Below, piece by piece: positions 20,628 through 29,148 of a DNA stretch of 64,000 nucleotides. Location of the stretch: the IMG/VR virus record IMGVR_UViG_3300032167_000004, positions 199,787 through 263,786 of that record; one strand, given 5' to 3'. Below the pieces are notes generated by a model that was given only the letters and a program-made list of their open reading frames with translations, did no database searches and was not told the DNA's origin. The stretch is from a virus (lineage: Duplodnaviria; Caudoviricetes). Every line of letters begins with the position of its first letter. Position 1 is the stretch's first letter. The position numbers were made by a program, and so were the translations under genes.

Positions 20628-20963
20628 TTATCTACATAAATATTTATTTACTAATAATCTATTTTTATGCTCATCATTATAATAAATGCTTAAAGAATTT
20701 TCACTTTCAGGATATAACTTAATAGGATATCCAATATCTTCAGCCATTTTAATAACTTTATTAAATTCATTAATAATCATAGATTTGTCTATAGGTATAT
20801 ACATATTATAGTTACCTTGCGGTCCACACCAATAATGTCCTTCATCACCTATTCCACCAGAACCAAAACTATAATAATCTTCACAATAACCACTTACATA
20901 TTGTCGGTTACAAGTAAGTCTTTTTTCACATATTGTGCTGCAACATGCTGCAATATCATTCAT
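20628..20963 (-). CDS. Cys-rich hypothetical protein
   Basis: 111-aa ORF coupled to upstream gene. Confidence 0.65.
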   Translation of the reverse strand: MNDIAACCSTICEKRLTCNRQYVSGYCEDYYSFGSGGIGDEGHYWCGPQGNYNMYIPIDKSMIINEFNKVIKMAEDIGYPIKLYPESENSLSIYYNDEHKNRLLVNKYLCR

Positions 20964-21186
20964 TTTTATCTTCCTCTAAATTTACTAAAGTGTTAGTATT
21001 TCCATATACCCATTGATTATCTTTACTGATATATCCAATATATAAAGCACCATTATCTAATGCTTTCTTTATTTCTACATCCATAATAATTTTATTACTA
21101 ATTTCTTTCATAGATTTATATATTCTAAAATTTATTATACATGCAGATATATTTATAATTGTAACAATTATTAAGAACAATCTCAT
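20956..21186 (-). CDS. small membrane protein
   Basis: N-terminal hydrophobic helix. Confidence 0.6.
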   Translation of the reverse strand: MRLFLIIVTIINISACIINFRIYKSMKEISNKIIMDVEIKKALDNGALYIGYISKDNQWVYGNTNTLVNLEEDKNE

Positions 21187-21302
21187 CTTTTATTCCACCA
21201 ATCAACAATCATTTCACTTATTGAATAAATACCTTGTATAATATATACTACAGATATAATAATTGCCAACACTATTAATGCTAAACAAATAAATTCTAAC
21301 AT
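21183..21302 (-). CDS. small membrane protein (39 aa), not in ORF track
   Basis: AAGGA RBS; MLEFICLALIVLAIIISVVYIIQG...; ATGA overlap with next gene. Confidence 0.55.
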   Translation of the reverse strand: MLEFICLALIVLAIIISVVYIIQGIYSISEMIVDWWNKR

Positions 21303-21366
21303 AATTAATATCCTTCTTTTAAAATTATAGTAAGACTAGTCCATTATATTAGGACTAGTCTTATAT

Positions 21367-21837
21367 TTATAACTTATTTAACTCATCTACAAAGTTAACA
21401 ATATCAGTAGCTAATTGATCACATTTATTATTGATCAAATTATCACTATGACCTTTAACTTTAATGAATTCTACATTTTTATGGAATCTTACAAGTTTAA
21501 GTAATATAATCCATAAATCAATATTTGCAACAGGTTCTTTCTTAGAATTAATCCATTTATTCTTTTCCCATTTTTCATACCATTTCTGATTAAAACAGTT
21601 TATAATATATGCAGAATCAGAATAAACTTTAATATTAGAAGAACGTTCAATCATTCTAAGACCAGTAATTACTGCTTTAAGTTCCATTCTTTGGTTTGTT
21701 GTTGAAGGTTCATATCCAGTAATATAAATAGGTCTATTTTGTTTATTTATAATTACTGCAGCATAACCTCCTGGACCATCAGGATTTATCCGACATCCTC
21801 CATCAGTATAAACAATATAATCAGTCTCTGTGTTCAT
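21367..21837 (-). CDS. rnhA: ribonuclease HI
   Basis: VYTDGG, TTNQRMEL, YSDSAY, VKGHSD, N..CDQLA. Confidence 0.93.
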   Translation of the reverse strand: MNTETDYIVYTDGGCRINPDGPGGYAAVIINKQNRPIYITGYEPSTTNQRMELKAVITGLRMIERSSNIKVYSDSAYIINCFNQKWYEKWEKNKWINSKKEPVANIDLWIILLKLVRFHKNVEFIKVKGHSDNLINNKCDQLATDIVNFVDELNKL

Positions 21838-22351
21838 CAGTAGATCCGAAACCTCCAGTACGAGTTCCTTCAACTTTATTATTATAAACTACACCATATT
21901 GATGGAAAATACCCTGAATAAACTTATCTCCAGGCATAATAGTCAAGACATTGTCTCTAATATTACTACAATTAGTAATACTTACCATAATATGTCCTTC
22001 ATTTTTAGGATTGTTATAATAATCACTATCAATGATACCAACAGTATTATCCAATTGAAGTCTATATTTAAAACCTAATCCACTTCTAGGATAAAGGTCA
22101 AGAGACCAACCAGGTTCAATAAATACTTTAATACCTGTAGGAATAATTACAGTCTGTTTCGGTGCAAGCTTAAACATACAGAAAGATTTAAAATCGTAAC
22201 CTGCAGAACCTGCTGTTGCCTGTGCAGGAAGCTCGATTATTTCATAAGCTTTTCTAAGAGTTTCCTCAGATACAGTTTCTGTAATATTAGCTTCACAATC
22301 TTTTTTAAACTGTTCAAAGCTAACCTTCTCAAATTGTGCCATTTCTACCAT
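21821..22351 (-). CDS. dut: trimeric dUTPase
   Basis: All five motifs: AGYDF, PRSG, GIIDSDY, GDKFIQGIF, RTGGFGST. Confidence 0.93.
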   Translation of the reverse strand: MVEMAQFEKVSFEQFKKDCEANITETVSEETLRKAYEIIELPAQATAGSAGYDFKSFCMFKLAPKQTVIIPTGIKVFIEPGWSLDLYPRSGLGFKYRLQLDNTVGIIDSDYYNNPKNEGHIMVSITNCSNIRDNVLTIMPGDKFIQGIFHQYGVVYNNKVEGTRTGGFGSTDEHRD

Positions 22352-22353
22352 TG

Positions 22354-22578
22354 TTAATATCCTCCACTAATTAAATTAAATCCACTTCCATAGTGATTAA
22401 GTATACCATACATTAAAAGAATAAATAGTATCATATAAAAACTTGCAGAAGTGAAATCTTTTTTACTATATAAATTTTTCAAATATGCTTTAAATGATAA
22501 TATTGTACACCATAATACGATAGCATATCTTCCCCATTGTGGGAGATCCCAATAAAATTCTTTTATTGCTTCCAACAT
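22354..22578 (-). CDS. small two-TM membrane protein
   Basis: AGGAG RBS; two hydrophobic segments. Confidence 0.65.
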   Translation of the reverse strand: MLEAIKEFYWDLPQWGRYAIVLWCTILSFKAYLKNLYSKKDFTSASFYMILFILLMYGILNHYGSGFNLISGGY

Positions 22579-22589
22579 AATTTAACTCC

Positions 22590-24533
22590 TTATATATTAA
22601 GAATATTAGAAAAATATTCTTTCTTAGATGTTTTAATAGTATCTAATCCTAGAGATTCCAATACAGGATAGAATTTATTTAATACATTATAAGAAATTGT
22701 ATCATAATCAATATAAGGAATTAACCACTCTGGAATCTTGTCAACATTTCTAGGAATTGCGATAACAGATAATCCTTTACTAGAAATTCTTTCATCAGGA
22801 TTATTTAAAATCTTTTCATTTAAAATTGTATACATTTCCGGATTCTCTACTCTTAACTTATTAATACTTTTTTCTTCATTAAGAGTAACCTTAACAATAT
22901 CCAATTTAGTAGGAAGTTCAATCTCTATATTAGGATAGAAAGTATTCCAAGCTATAACAGCTCTAACACCTTGCATCTTTAAAGGATCTGCATAAGCTTC
23001 TAATTCTTTAACAGATACAGGAATAAGATACTTCTTTTCACCATTTTTAAGTGTCTCAATGATTTCTGATTCAAATGCTTCAATATCATTAAGAATAGAA
23101 ACGATATTGATATCTTTACTACTAATAATTCTCTTCTTAATAATATCAAGAAATTTAGCTTTAGTTTCTACAGTTGCCGTAGATTTCATGAAATCATGAC
23201 CCTTTATATCCAGCTTCTCTGGCCAGATCTCATCACCCTCTCTAAGACGAATAGAACTAAAGTATCTTTTCTTCTTAGATGCCAATACAACACGGGACAT
23301 TAAGAATTCATTCTTAATATTAATAAAGTGTCTAAAATCCTTAGGAATATTTGCATGTTTAGTATATCTTCCTAATACAGTTTGCATCATATTAGTAATA
23401 ACAAATGCCATTGTATTAACTGCAATAAATCTAAGTTCTTCTCTATCACGACCATCATTTTTATAATCTGGATCAATGATATTATTAAACATAAATTCAA
23501 CCCACGGATTTAAATTCAAGAAATTACTATCAGTATCAATTGTTAAAACAACTTTTCTTTTATCATTCTTTAATCTTTGAATACGATTAATAGGAGAATA
23601 ATTATATAAAACAAATTCCTTATAATAAGTCCATAACTCTTCTAAATATTCTTTAGATGTTTCTGGAATTTTATTAGGATCTTTAAACTCCTTTGTATTT
23701 CTAACAATTAATACTAATAAAGAAATAATTTTATGATGCATAGAAAATTCATAAATATTATTCTTATAATAAATCTTATTTAATTGATCTTGTGTTAGTG
23801 TCATTAAATAAGAATATAATAATTCGGTATAAGATTCTTGATAATTATAGAAGGTGTCAACTAATCTATCATATACCTGATCAACTGTTACATTTATTAA
23901 AAATGTAGAATCTAATGTATATTTTTCATTAATAACATTTGTTAAAAATGTAAAACATTCATTAATATTATTGAATAATGTATTATTAGCTAGAAAAGAT
24001 TCAAATGCTTGTTCTGTTGTACTAATTAATGACTGACCCGAACCGGTAACAGATGGTGCTGTATACATATTAAATAGAAATGATGCAGCATTACCAAATG
24101 TACCATAAATAGAGTTTGCTGAAATCTTTTCAGACAACTGTTTTCTATCAAATGTTTGATATTCGTAGGAAGTTTTATCCTTAATGAATTTAAGTTGTCC
24201 TTTAAACTTCTTACGAGAAGTTAAGAATTTTTGAATCATCATTGCAAGGGGATTCTTAACCTGATGTTGATTCTTAAATAAAACACCATGACCTGCACAA
24301 ATTGGGTCAGTGTTATGAATCCAATTTATAGTATTCAACAGATTTGTATTAATCTGTTTATTAATATAGTTATTATCTAGAATAACTCTTGGATTCTTTA
24401 TATTCTCATTGATAATATCATCTAAGAATTCATTAATTTCTTTTTTACTTATTTCTGGATATAATTGATGTAGTATTTTTCTATTGGTTTTTTTCCATTC
24501 CTTTAGAAAAATGTATTCGTCACTATTAATCAA
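22590..24533 (-). CDS. family B DNA polymerase, part carrying motifs B and C
   Basis: KISANSIYG (motif B), TIDTDSNF (motif C), KKRY, IKG; early motif at 24572-24584. Confidence 0.88.
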   Translation of the reverse strand: MINSDEYIFLKEWKKTNRKILHQLYPEISKKEINEFLDDIINENIKNPRVILDNNYINKQINTNLLNTINWIHNTDPICAGHGVLFKNQHQVKNPLAMMIQKFLTSRKKFKGQLKFIKDKTSYEYQTFDRKQLSEKISANSIYGTFGNAASFLFNMYTAPSVTGSGQSLISTTEQAFESFLANNTLFNNINECFTFLTNVINEKYTLDSTFLINVTVDQVYDRLVDTFYNYQESYTELLYSYLMTLTQDQLNKIYYKNNIYEFSMHHKIISLLVLIVRNTKEFKDPNKIPETSKEYLEELWTYYKEFVLYNYSPINRIQRLKNDKRKVVLTIDTDSNFLNLNPWVEFMFNNIIDPDYKNDGRDREELRFIAVNTMAFVITNMMQTVLGRYTKHANIPKDFRHFINIKNEFLMSRVVLASKKKRYFSSIRLREGDEIWPEKLDIKGHDFMKSTATVETKAKFLDIIKKRIISSKDINIVSILNDIEAFESEIIETLKNGEKKYLIPVSVKELEAYADPLKMQGVRAVIAWNTFYPNIEIELPTKLDIVKVTLNEEKSINKLRVENPEMYTILNEKILNNPDERISSKGLSVIAIPRNVDKIPEWLIPYIDYDTISYNVLNKFYPVLESLGLDTIKTSKKEYFSNILNI

Positions 24534-24680
24534 TTATGTTCACCAACCTTCATATACGTATTAACATTATAATAATATATACTTCAATTTATTTTTAGTA
24601 TCTATTAATATGATTGTTTTCAGGCTTTTTAAGTTGTACTTAGTCGAGTTTGCTTAATATATTATTTTTAATATTAATCA

Positions 24681-24692
24681 AACATTTTTATA
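24681..24692 (+). promoter_or_regulatory. late-type promoter motif AACA-N6-TA
   Basis: AACA-TTTTTA-TA upstream of 24726. Confidence 0.7.
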
Positions 24693-24725
24693 AAACTAAT
24701 ATTAAAGAAAGGACGTGTTCTTAAT

Positions 24726-25178
24726 ATGTTATTTAATAAAAATGGTAACTTAAATCAGGAAGAAGAAGTTCTGAGCACTGAAGCTGTTAATTATATTATG
24801 GAGGCTTTCGTTAAGGAAGAGTTCACTCCTGATGAAATGTCTATGTTCCTGGAGAATCAGACTGAAATTGATGACGCTATCAATAATAACATTCTGATGG
24901 AAAAGACTATTGTTCGTTTAGATAAGAAGGCTAAGCTGTCTAAGGCTAGAAAGATGGCTGTCTTTACCATTGCTAAGGAAAAGAACGATCCTAAATTCAA
25001 GAAGTTGCTGACTGTCTGGAAGATGGAACGTTTCTTGGAGGATTATCTGGACAAGAAGTATGGTAATGAAGCATCTCGTCGTGCTAAGAAAGTTGTTTCT
25101 AATTCCGCAAAGTCTTCCAGTGGCACTATGATTAAGAGAGCTGCTGAGCGTGCAAAGAACACTTTTGAAACTAAGTAA
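24726..25178 (+). CDS. highly expressed late protein (probable virion protein)
   Basis: Late motif; biased codon use; acidic N-half, basic C-half. Confidence 0.7.
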   Translation: MLFNKNGNLNQEEEVLSTEAVNYIMEAFVKEEFTPDEMSMFLENQTEIDDAINNNILMEKTIVRLDKKAKLSKARKMAVFTIAKEKNDPKFKKLLTVWKMERFLEDYLDKKYGNEASRRAKKVVSNSAKSSSGTMIKRAAERAKNTFETK

Positions 25179-25185
25179 TGATAAT

Positions 25186-25220
25186 AAATCACTAGATGGA
25201 ATTTAACCATCTAGTGATTT
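25186..25220 (+). terminator. intrinsic terminator
   Basis: AAATCACTAGATGG/CCATCTAGTGATTT plus T tail. Confidence 0.75.
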
Positions 25221-25299
25221 TTAATCGTCGTTTTAATTATATATTATATATTTATAAGCTAATTAACAGTCTTATAATTATATAAGGAGATGATGAAAA

Positions 25300-27144
25300 A
25301 TGAAATTTTTAGGACCCGATGTAGATTCTTCAGATGTAATGTTGCTTGATATATTATATCATGCACCTAGAAAAGAATACGATAGGATTGATGCTATCGA
25401 TATTATATATAAAACTTTATCAGATGGTGAAAAACATATAAAAACTATTAAGAATCCTACAATTGATATTTATTTCGCTAAAGAAGAATATCGAAATTAT
25501 GATTATAATAAAAATTTCATGGAAATAGAAAATTGTGATGTTCATACTTGTGAATATAAAAAACTTCCTTGGTATATAGCTGAGCAAGCAGGTGAAAATT
25601 ATGTAAATGAATTAAGACGTATGGTTGAAAATGGAAGATTTAGAGATATTCAAAAAATTCATACCTATCCATATGTTTTTGGTTCTGATATACCTATAGA
25701 TGTATTCTATAGAACTCAGTGGTTATTAGAATATGATAATGAAAAAATGAAACCTCTTACTAAGATATTCCTTGATATTGAGGTTGATACTATTGATATA
25801 GTAGGTTTCGTCAGAGATGGTTCTTGTCCTATTAATGCAGTTACTATTGTAGATGATATAACTAATTCAGTATATACATTTTTATTAGATACTCACAATA
25901 ATTCTCAAATTGATGAGTTTAAAAATGATATTGATAATTTTATTGATGAATTACATGAAATGTTTGATGAATCTTATGGAGTATTATCATACTATATTTA
26001 TATGTATGATGATGAAAAAGATTTATTGAAAGATATGTTTAGATTAATTCATACTCTTAAACGAGATTTCTGTATGATATGGAACGGTATGGGTTTCGAT
26101 ATTCCATATATAATTGAACGGTTAAAAACTTTGAATATTGATCCTTATGATGTATTTTGTCATAAGGATTTTAAATATAAAATGTGTAAGCTTCATGAAG
26201 ATAATAAAAATTTTCAGGTTGCTAATAAAGGAAGTTTCTTCAAAACATCTTCCTATACTAAATATATAGATCAGATGATTCTATATGCAGCAACTAGAAA
26301 AGGTCAAAGTGAATTAAGATCTAATTCTCTTAATAGTATTGCCCAAGCTGAATTGGGTGATGAAAAGTTAGATTATACAGATGAAGCAAATATTAAAACT
26401 TTACCATATGTTAATTATCGTAAGTTTGTTATATATAACATTAAAGACGTTCTTCTTCAATTAGGAATTGAAAGAAAAGCAAATGATATTGATAATTTGT
26501 ACTTGCGTGGTTATGCAAATTGTACTGAGTATGATAAAGTTTTTAAACAGACAGTAACTTTGAAAGCTCGTGCTTATTACGAATATATTCTTCAAAATAA
26601 TATTTTAGGTAATAATATTAATGTCTTTAGTATTGATACTGGTAGTGGTTTTACTGGTGCCTTAGTTGGAAATCCATTGTTAAATACAAATACGGGTATA
26701 ATTCTATTTGGTAAACAGAGCATGTATGTATTCGATAATGTTATAGATATGGATTTCAGCTCAATGTACCCGCATATCATAATCTCCTTCAACATTGAAC
26801 GTCATACTATGATTTGTAAAATTATTATTCCTGATGTTACTGAAGATAGATATGACCATATCTTTAATGATGAAGATATTATTGATGTAGAGTATAGTGA
26901 AGATGATTCTGAAGAAGAAAAAGAAATTGAACTTGGTTATGATTCTGGTAAAGACTTCCTTGATAATTATTTAACTAAAGATACATTATCTATGGGTACT
27001 AAATGGTTTAATTTACCTGATGTTAATGAAGTTCATAATCAGTTTAAAAAGAGATTTAATGTTAAGCCTAAGAAGAGAATTAACTTAACTAATATTATTT
27101 CTTATATTGCTGATGGTTTAAATATTAATATTACCAAGGATTAA
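25300..27144 (+). CDS. family B DNA polymerase, part carrying 3'-5' exonuclease and motif A
   Basis: ExoI FLDIEVD, ExoII WNGMGFDIPY, ExoIII YNIKDV, motif A DMDFSSMYP. Confidence 0.88.
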   Translation: MKFLGPDVDSSDVMLLDILYHAPRKEYDRIDAIDIIYKTLSDGEKHIKTIKNPTIDIYFAKEEYRNYDYNKNFMEIENCDVHTCEYKKLPWYIAEQAGENYVNELRRMVENGRFRDIQKIHTYPYVFGSDIPIDVFYRTQWLLEYDNEKMKPLTKIFLDIEVDTIDIVGFVRDGSCPINAVTIVDDITNSVYTFLLDTHNNSQIDEFKNDIDNFIDELHEMFDESYGVLSYYIYMYDDEKDLLKDMFRLIHTLKRDFCMIWNGMGFDIPYIIERLKTLNIDPYDVFCHKDFKYKMCKLHEDNKNFQVANKGSFFKTSSYTKYIDQMILYAATRKGQSELRSNSLNSIAQAELGDEKLDYTDEANIKTLPYVNYRKFVIYNIKDVLLQLGIERKANDIDNLYLRGYANCTEYDKVFKQTVTLKARAYYEYILQNNILGNNINVFSIDTGSGFTGALVGNPLLNTNTGIILFGKQSMYVFDNVIDMDFSSMYPHIIISFNIERHTMICKIIIPDVTEDRYDHIFNDEDIIDVEYSEDDSEEEKEIELGYDSGKDFLDNYLTKDTLSMGTKWFNLPDVNEVHNQFKKRFNVKPKKRINLTNIISYIADGLNINITKD

Positions 27145-27160
27145 CCTCCTTGGTAATATT
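27127..27160 (+). terminator. intrinsic terminator
   Basis: AATATTACCAAGGA/TCCTTGGTAATATT followed by T run. Confidence 0.75.
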
Positions 27161-27183
27161 TTTTTAGTTTTTTTATTATTTAT

Positions 27184-27196
27184 AAATATATATTAT
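27184..27196 (+). promoter_or_regulatory. early-type promoter motif for the helicase-Myb pair
   Basis: AAATATATATTAT 45 nt upstream of ATG 27242. Confidence 0.7.
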
Positions 27197-27241
27197 AGAT
27201 ATAGGTATAAATAATAAATTACTAAAAAGGAGATTTACATC

Positions 27242-29071
27242 ATGCTATTACCTCACAATATACCTGTGTATAAAAAATTAAAAGAACACTTATCAAAAAA
27301 TAAAGATGCAATTATCATTACTGCAACAGGTACTGGTAAAAGTTACCTTGTTGCAGAATATATTGAAGAGTATAATTTAAATGCTCTTGTTATTTGCCCA
27401 AGAAGATCGCTCTGTAAATATTGGTCAAAATTGTCTGAAAATGTATCACCTATAACATACCAATATTTCGAAAAACATATTGACGATCTTATCAATGTAA
27501 ATGAAATTATAGGTTTCTTTGATATTTTCGTATTCGACGAAGCCCATCATGCCGGTGCTAAAAAATGGGGTAAAGCAATCGAAAAATTTAAAGAGGTTTG
27601 TAAAAAGCCTATTATCGGTCTTACTGCAGATCCTAAACGATATACTGATGGTGGTAGAGATGTATCTATTGAAATCTGGGATGGATCTATTGTAGAAGGG
27701 TACACTTTAAATGATTCAATTGGTAAAATTTTGCCTAATGTATCATACACATGTGCATTATATGATACAAATGGTTTAATGGAAAATATCCCTAGTGGAG
27801 TGTCTGATAAATTACTCAAACAGCTTGAATATTCTATTAAAAATACAAAGACTTGTGTTGAAATTTTACAGACAGAAATTAGTGAAAGTTTTCCTCATAA
27901 AGGAATTGTATTCGTTGATAGAATCCATACTATTAAAAATGGTATCGATATTATTAATAAAGCATTTCCTAATGAAAAAGTATGGGCAATTCATTCAAAA
28001 CAATCTGAAAAAATGAATGATATGTATATTAATGAATTTAATAATTCTGAATCTGGATTTATTGTTGCAGTTGATATGCTGAATGAGGGTATTCATATTA
28101 GTACTGTTGATATTGTCATTATGTTAAGAAAAACTTCTTCTCCCACAATATTCTTCCAACAAATTGGTAGAGGAATGTCTGTAAATGGTAAATATCTTCA
28201 TATCTTTGACTTTGTGTCTAATCATAATTCCTTAAAAATTACATCTAGTAAATCTTCGAAGCCAATTAAATTATTTGATACAGAGACGATATATAAACGA
28301 TCGGAACAATCTATCATTCATGATTATAGTAAAGATATTGTTGATGTATTGAATGATATTAAAAAATCATTATTTAATTTTTGGACTGAAGAGGAAGATA
28401 AAATTATTCGTAAATATTATCCTATTGAAGGATCTAAAGTTGCAGAAAGATTACCCGGTAGAACTAAAGATACATGTATATATAGGGCAAAAACATTAAA
28501 AATCAATAGTGATAAATTTTGGACTAAAGAAGAGGATGAAATTCTTAAGAAGTATTATCCTATTGAAGGTATGGATGTTGTAAAAAGATTACCTGGCAGA
28601 ACACGAAATGGATGTAAAGCTAGAGCAAGACTTTTTAATGTATTAGTGTTACATCATTGGACACCTGAAGAGGATGAAATTCTTAAGAAGTATTATCCTA
28701 CTGAGGGTGGTGATGTATATAAAAGATTACCAGGTAGAACTTCTAGTGCATGTGTTAGTAGAGCATCTAATTTTATTATTCAAATGAGACCATACTGGAC
28801 TGAAGAGGAAGATAAAATTATTCGTGAATATTATCCTACTGAAGGATCTAAAGTTGCAGAAAGATTACCCGGTAGAACTTCTAGTGCATGTAAAAATAGG
28901 GCAAAAATATTAAAGGTATTAACTAATGTAAATCATTGGACACCTGAAGAGGATGAAATTCTTAAGAAGTATTATCCCACTGAGGGAAGTAAGGTTGCAG
29001 AAAGATTACCTAATAAAACTCCTTCTGCATGTAAAGCTAGAGCAAATAAGCTCAAAATTAAACGCATTTAG
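27242..29071 (+). CDS. SF2 helicase/translocase with 5 C-terminal Myb/SANT-like repeats
   Basis: ATGTGKS, FDEAHH, GLTADP, LNEGIHI, QQIGRG; 5 repeats WTxEEDxI(L/I)xxYYPxEG..V..RLPxRT..xCxxRA. Confidence 0.88.
   Translation: MLLPHNIPVYKKLKEHLSKNKDAIIITATGTGKSYLVAEYIEEYNLNALVICPRRSLCKYWSKLSENVSPITYQYFEKHIDDLINVNEIIGFFDIFVFDEAHHAGAKKWGKAIEKFKEVCKKPIIGLTADPKRYTDGGRDVSIEIWDGSIVEGYTLNDSIGKILPNVSYTCALYDTNGLMENIPSGVSDKLLKQLEYSIKNTKTCVEILQTEISESFPHKGIVFVDRIHTIKNGIDIINKAFPNEKVWAIHSKQSEKMNDMYINEFNNSESGFIVAVDMLNEGIHISTVDIVIMLRKTSSPTIFFQQIGRGMSVNGKYLHIFDFVSNHNSLKITSSKSSKPIKLFDTETIYKRSEQSIIHDYSKDIVDVLNDIKKSLFNFWTEEEDKIIRKYYPIEGSKVAERLPGRTKDTCIYRAKTLKINSDKFWTKEEDEILKKYYPIEGMDVVKRLPGRTRNGCKARARLFNVLVLHHWTPEEDEILKKYYPTEGGDVYKRLPGRTSSACVSRASNFIIQMRPYWTEEEDKIIREYYPTEGSKVAERLPGRTSSACKNRAKILKVLTNVNHWTPEEDEILKKYYPTEGSKVAERLPNKTPSACKARANKLKIKRI
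28382..29068 (+). repeat. 5 in-frame tandem repeats of about 46 aa (Myb-like array)
   Basis: Recurrent DNA core such as TGGACACCTGAAGAGGATGAAATTCTTAAGAAGTATTATCC. Confidence 0.92.
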
Positions 29072-29079
29072 GAATAGAT

Positions 29080-29107
29080 GGTTGGGTGGGGTGATCTCCA
29101 CCCAACC
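29080..29107. other. GC-rich intergenic hairpin without U tail
   Basis: GGTTGGGTGG/CCACCCAACC between the two helicase genes. Confidence 0.55.
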
Positions 29108-29148
29108 TATAATTAATATGTTATCTTATAAAAAAGGAGACTTACACC

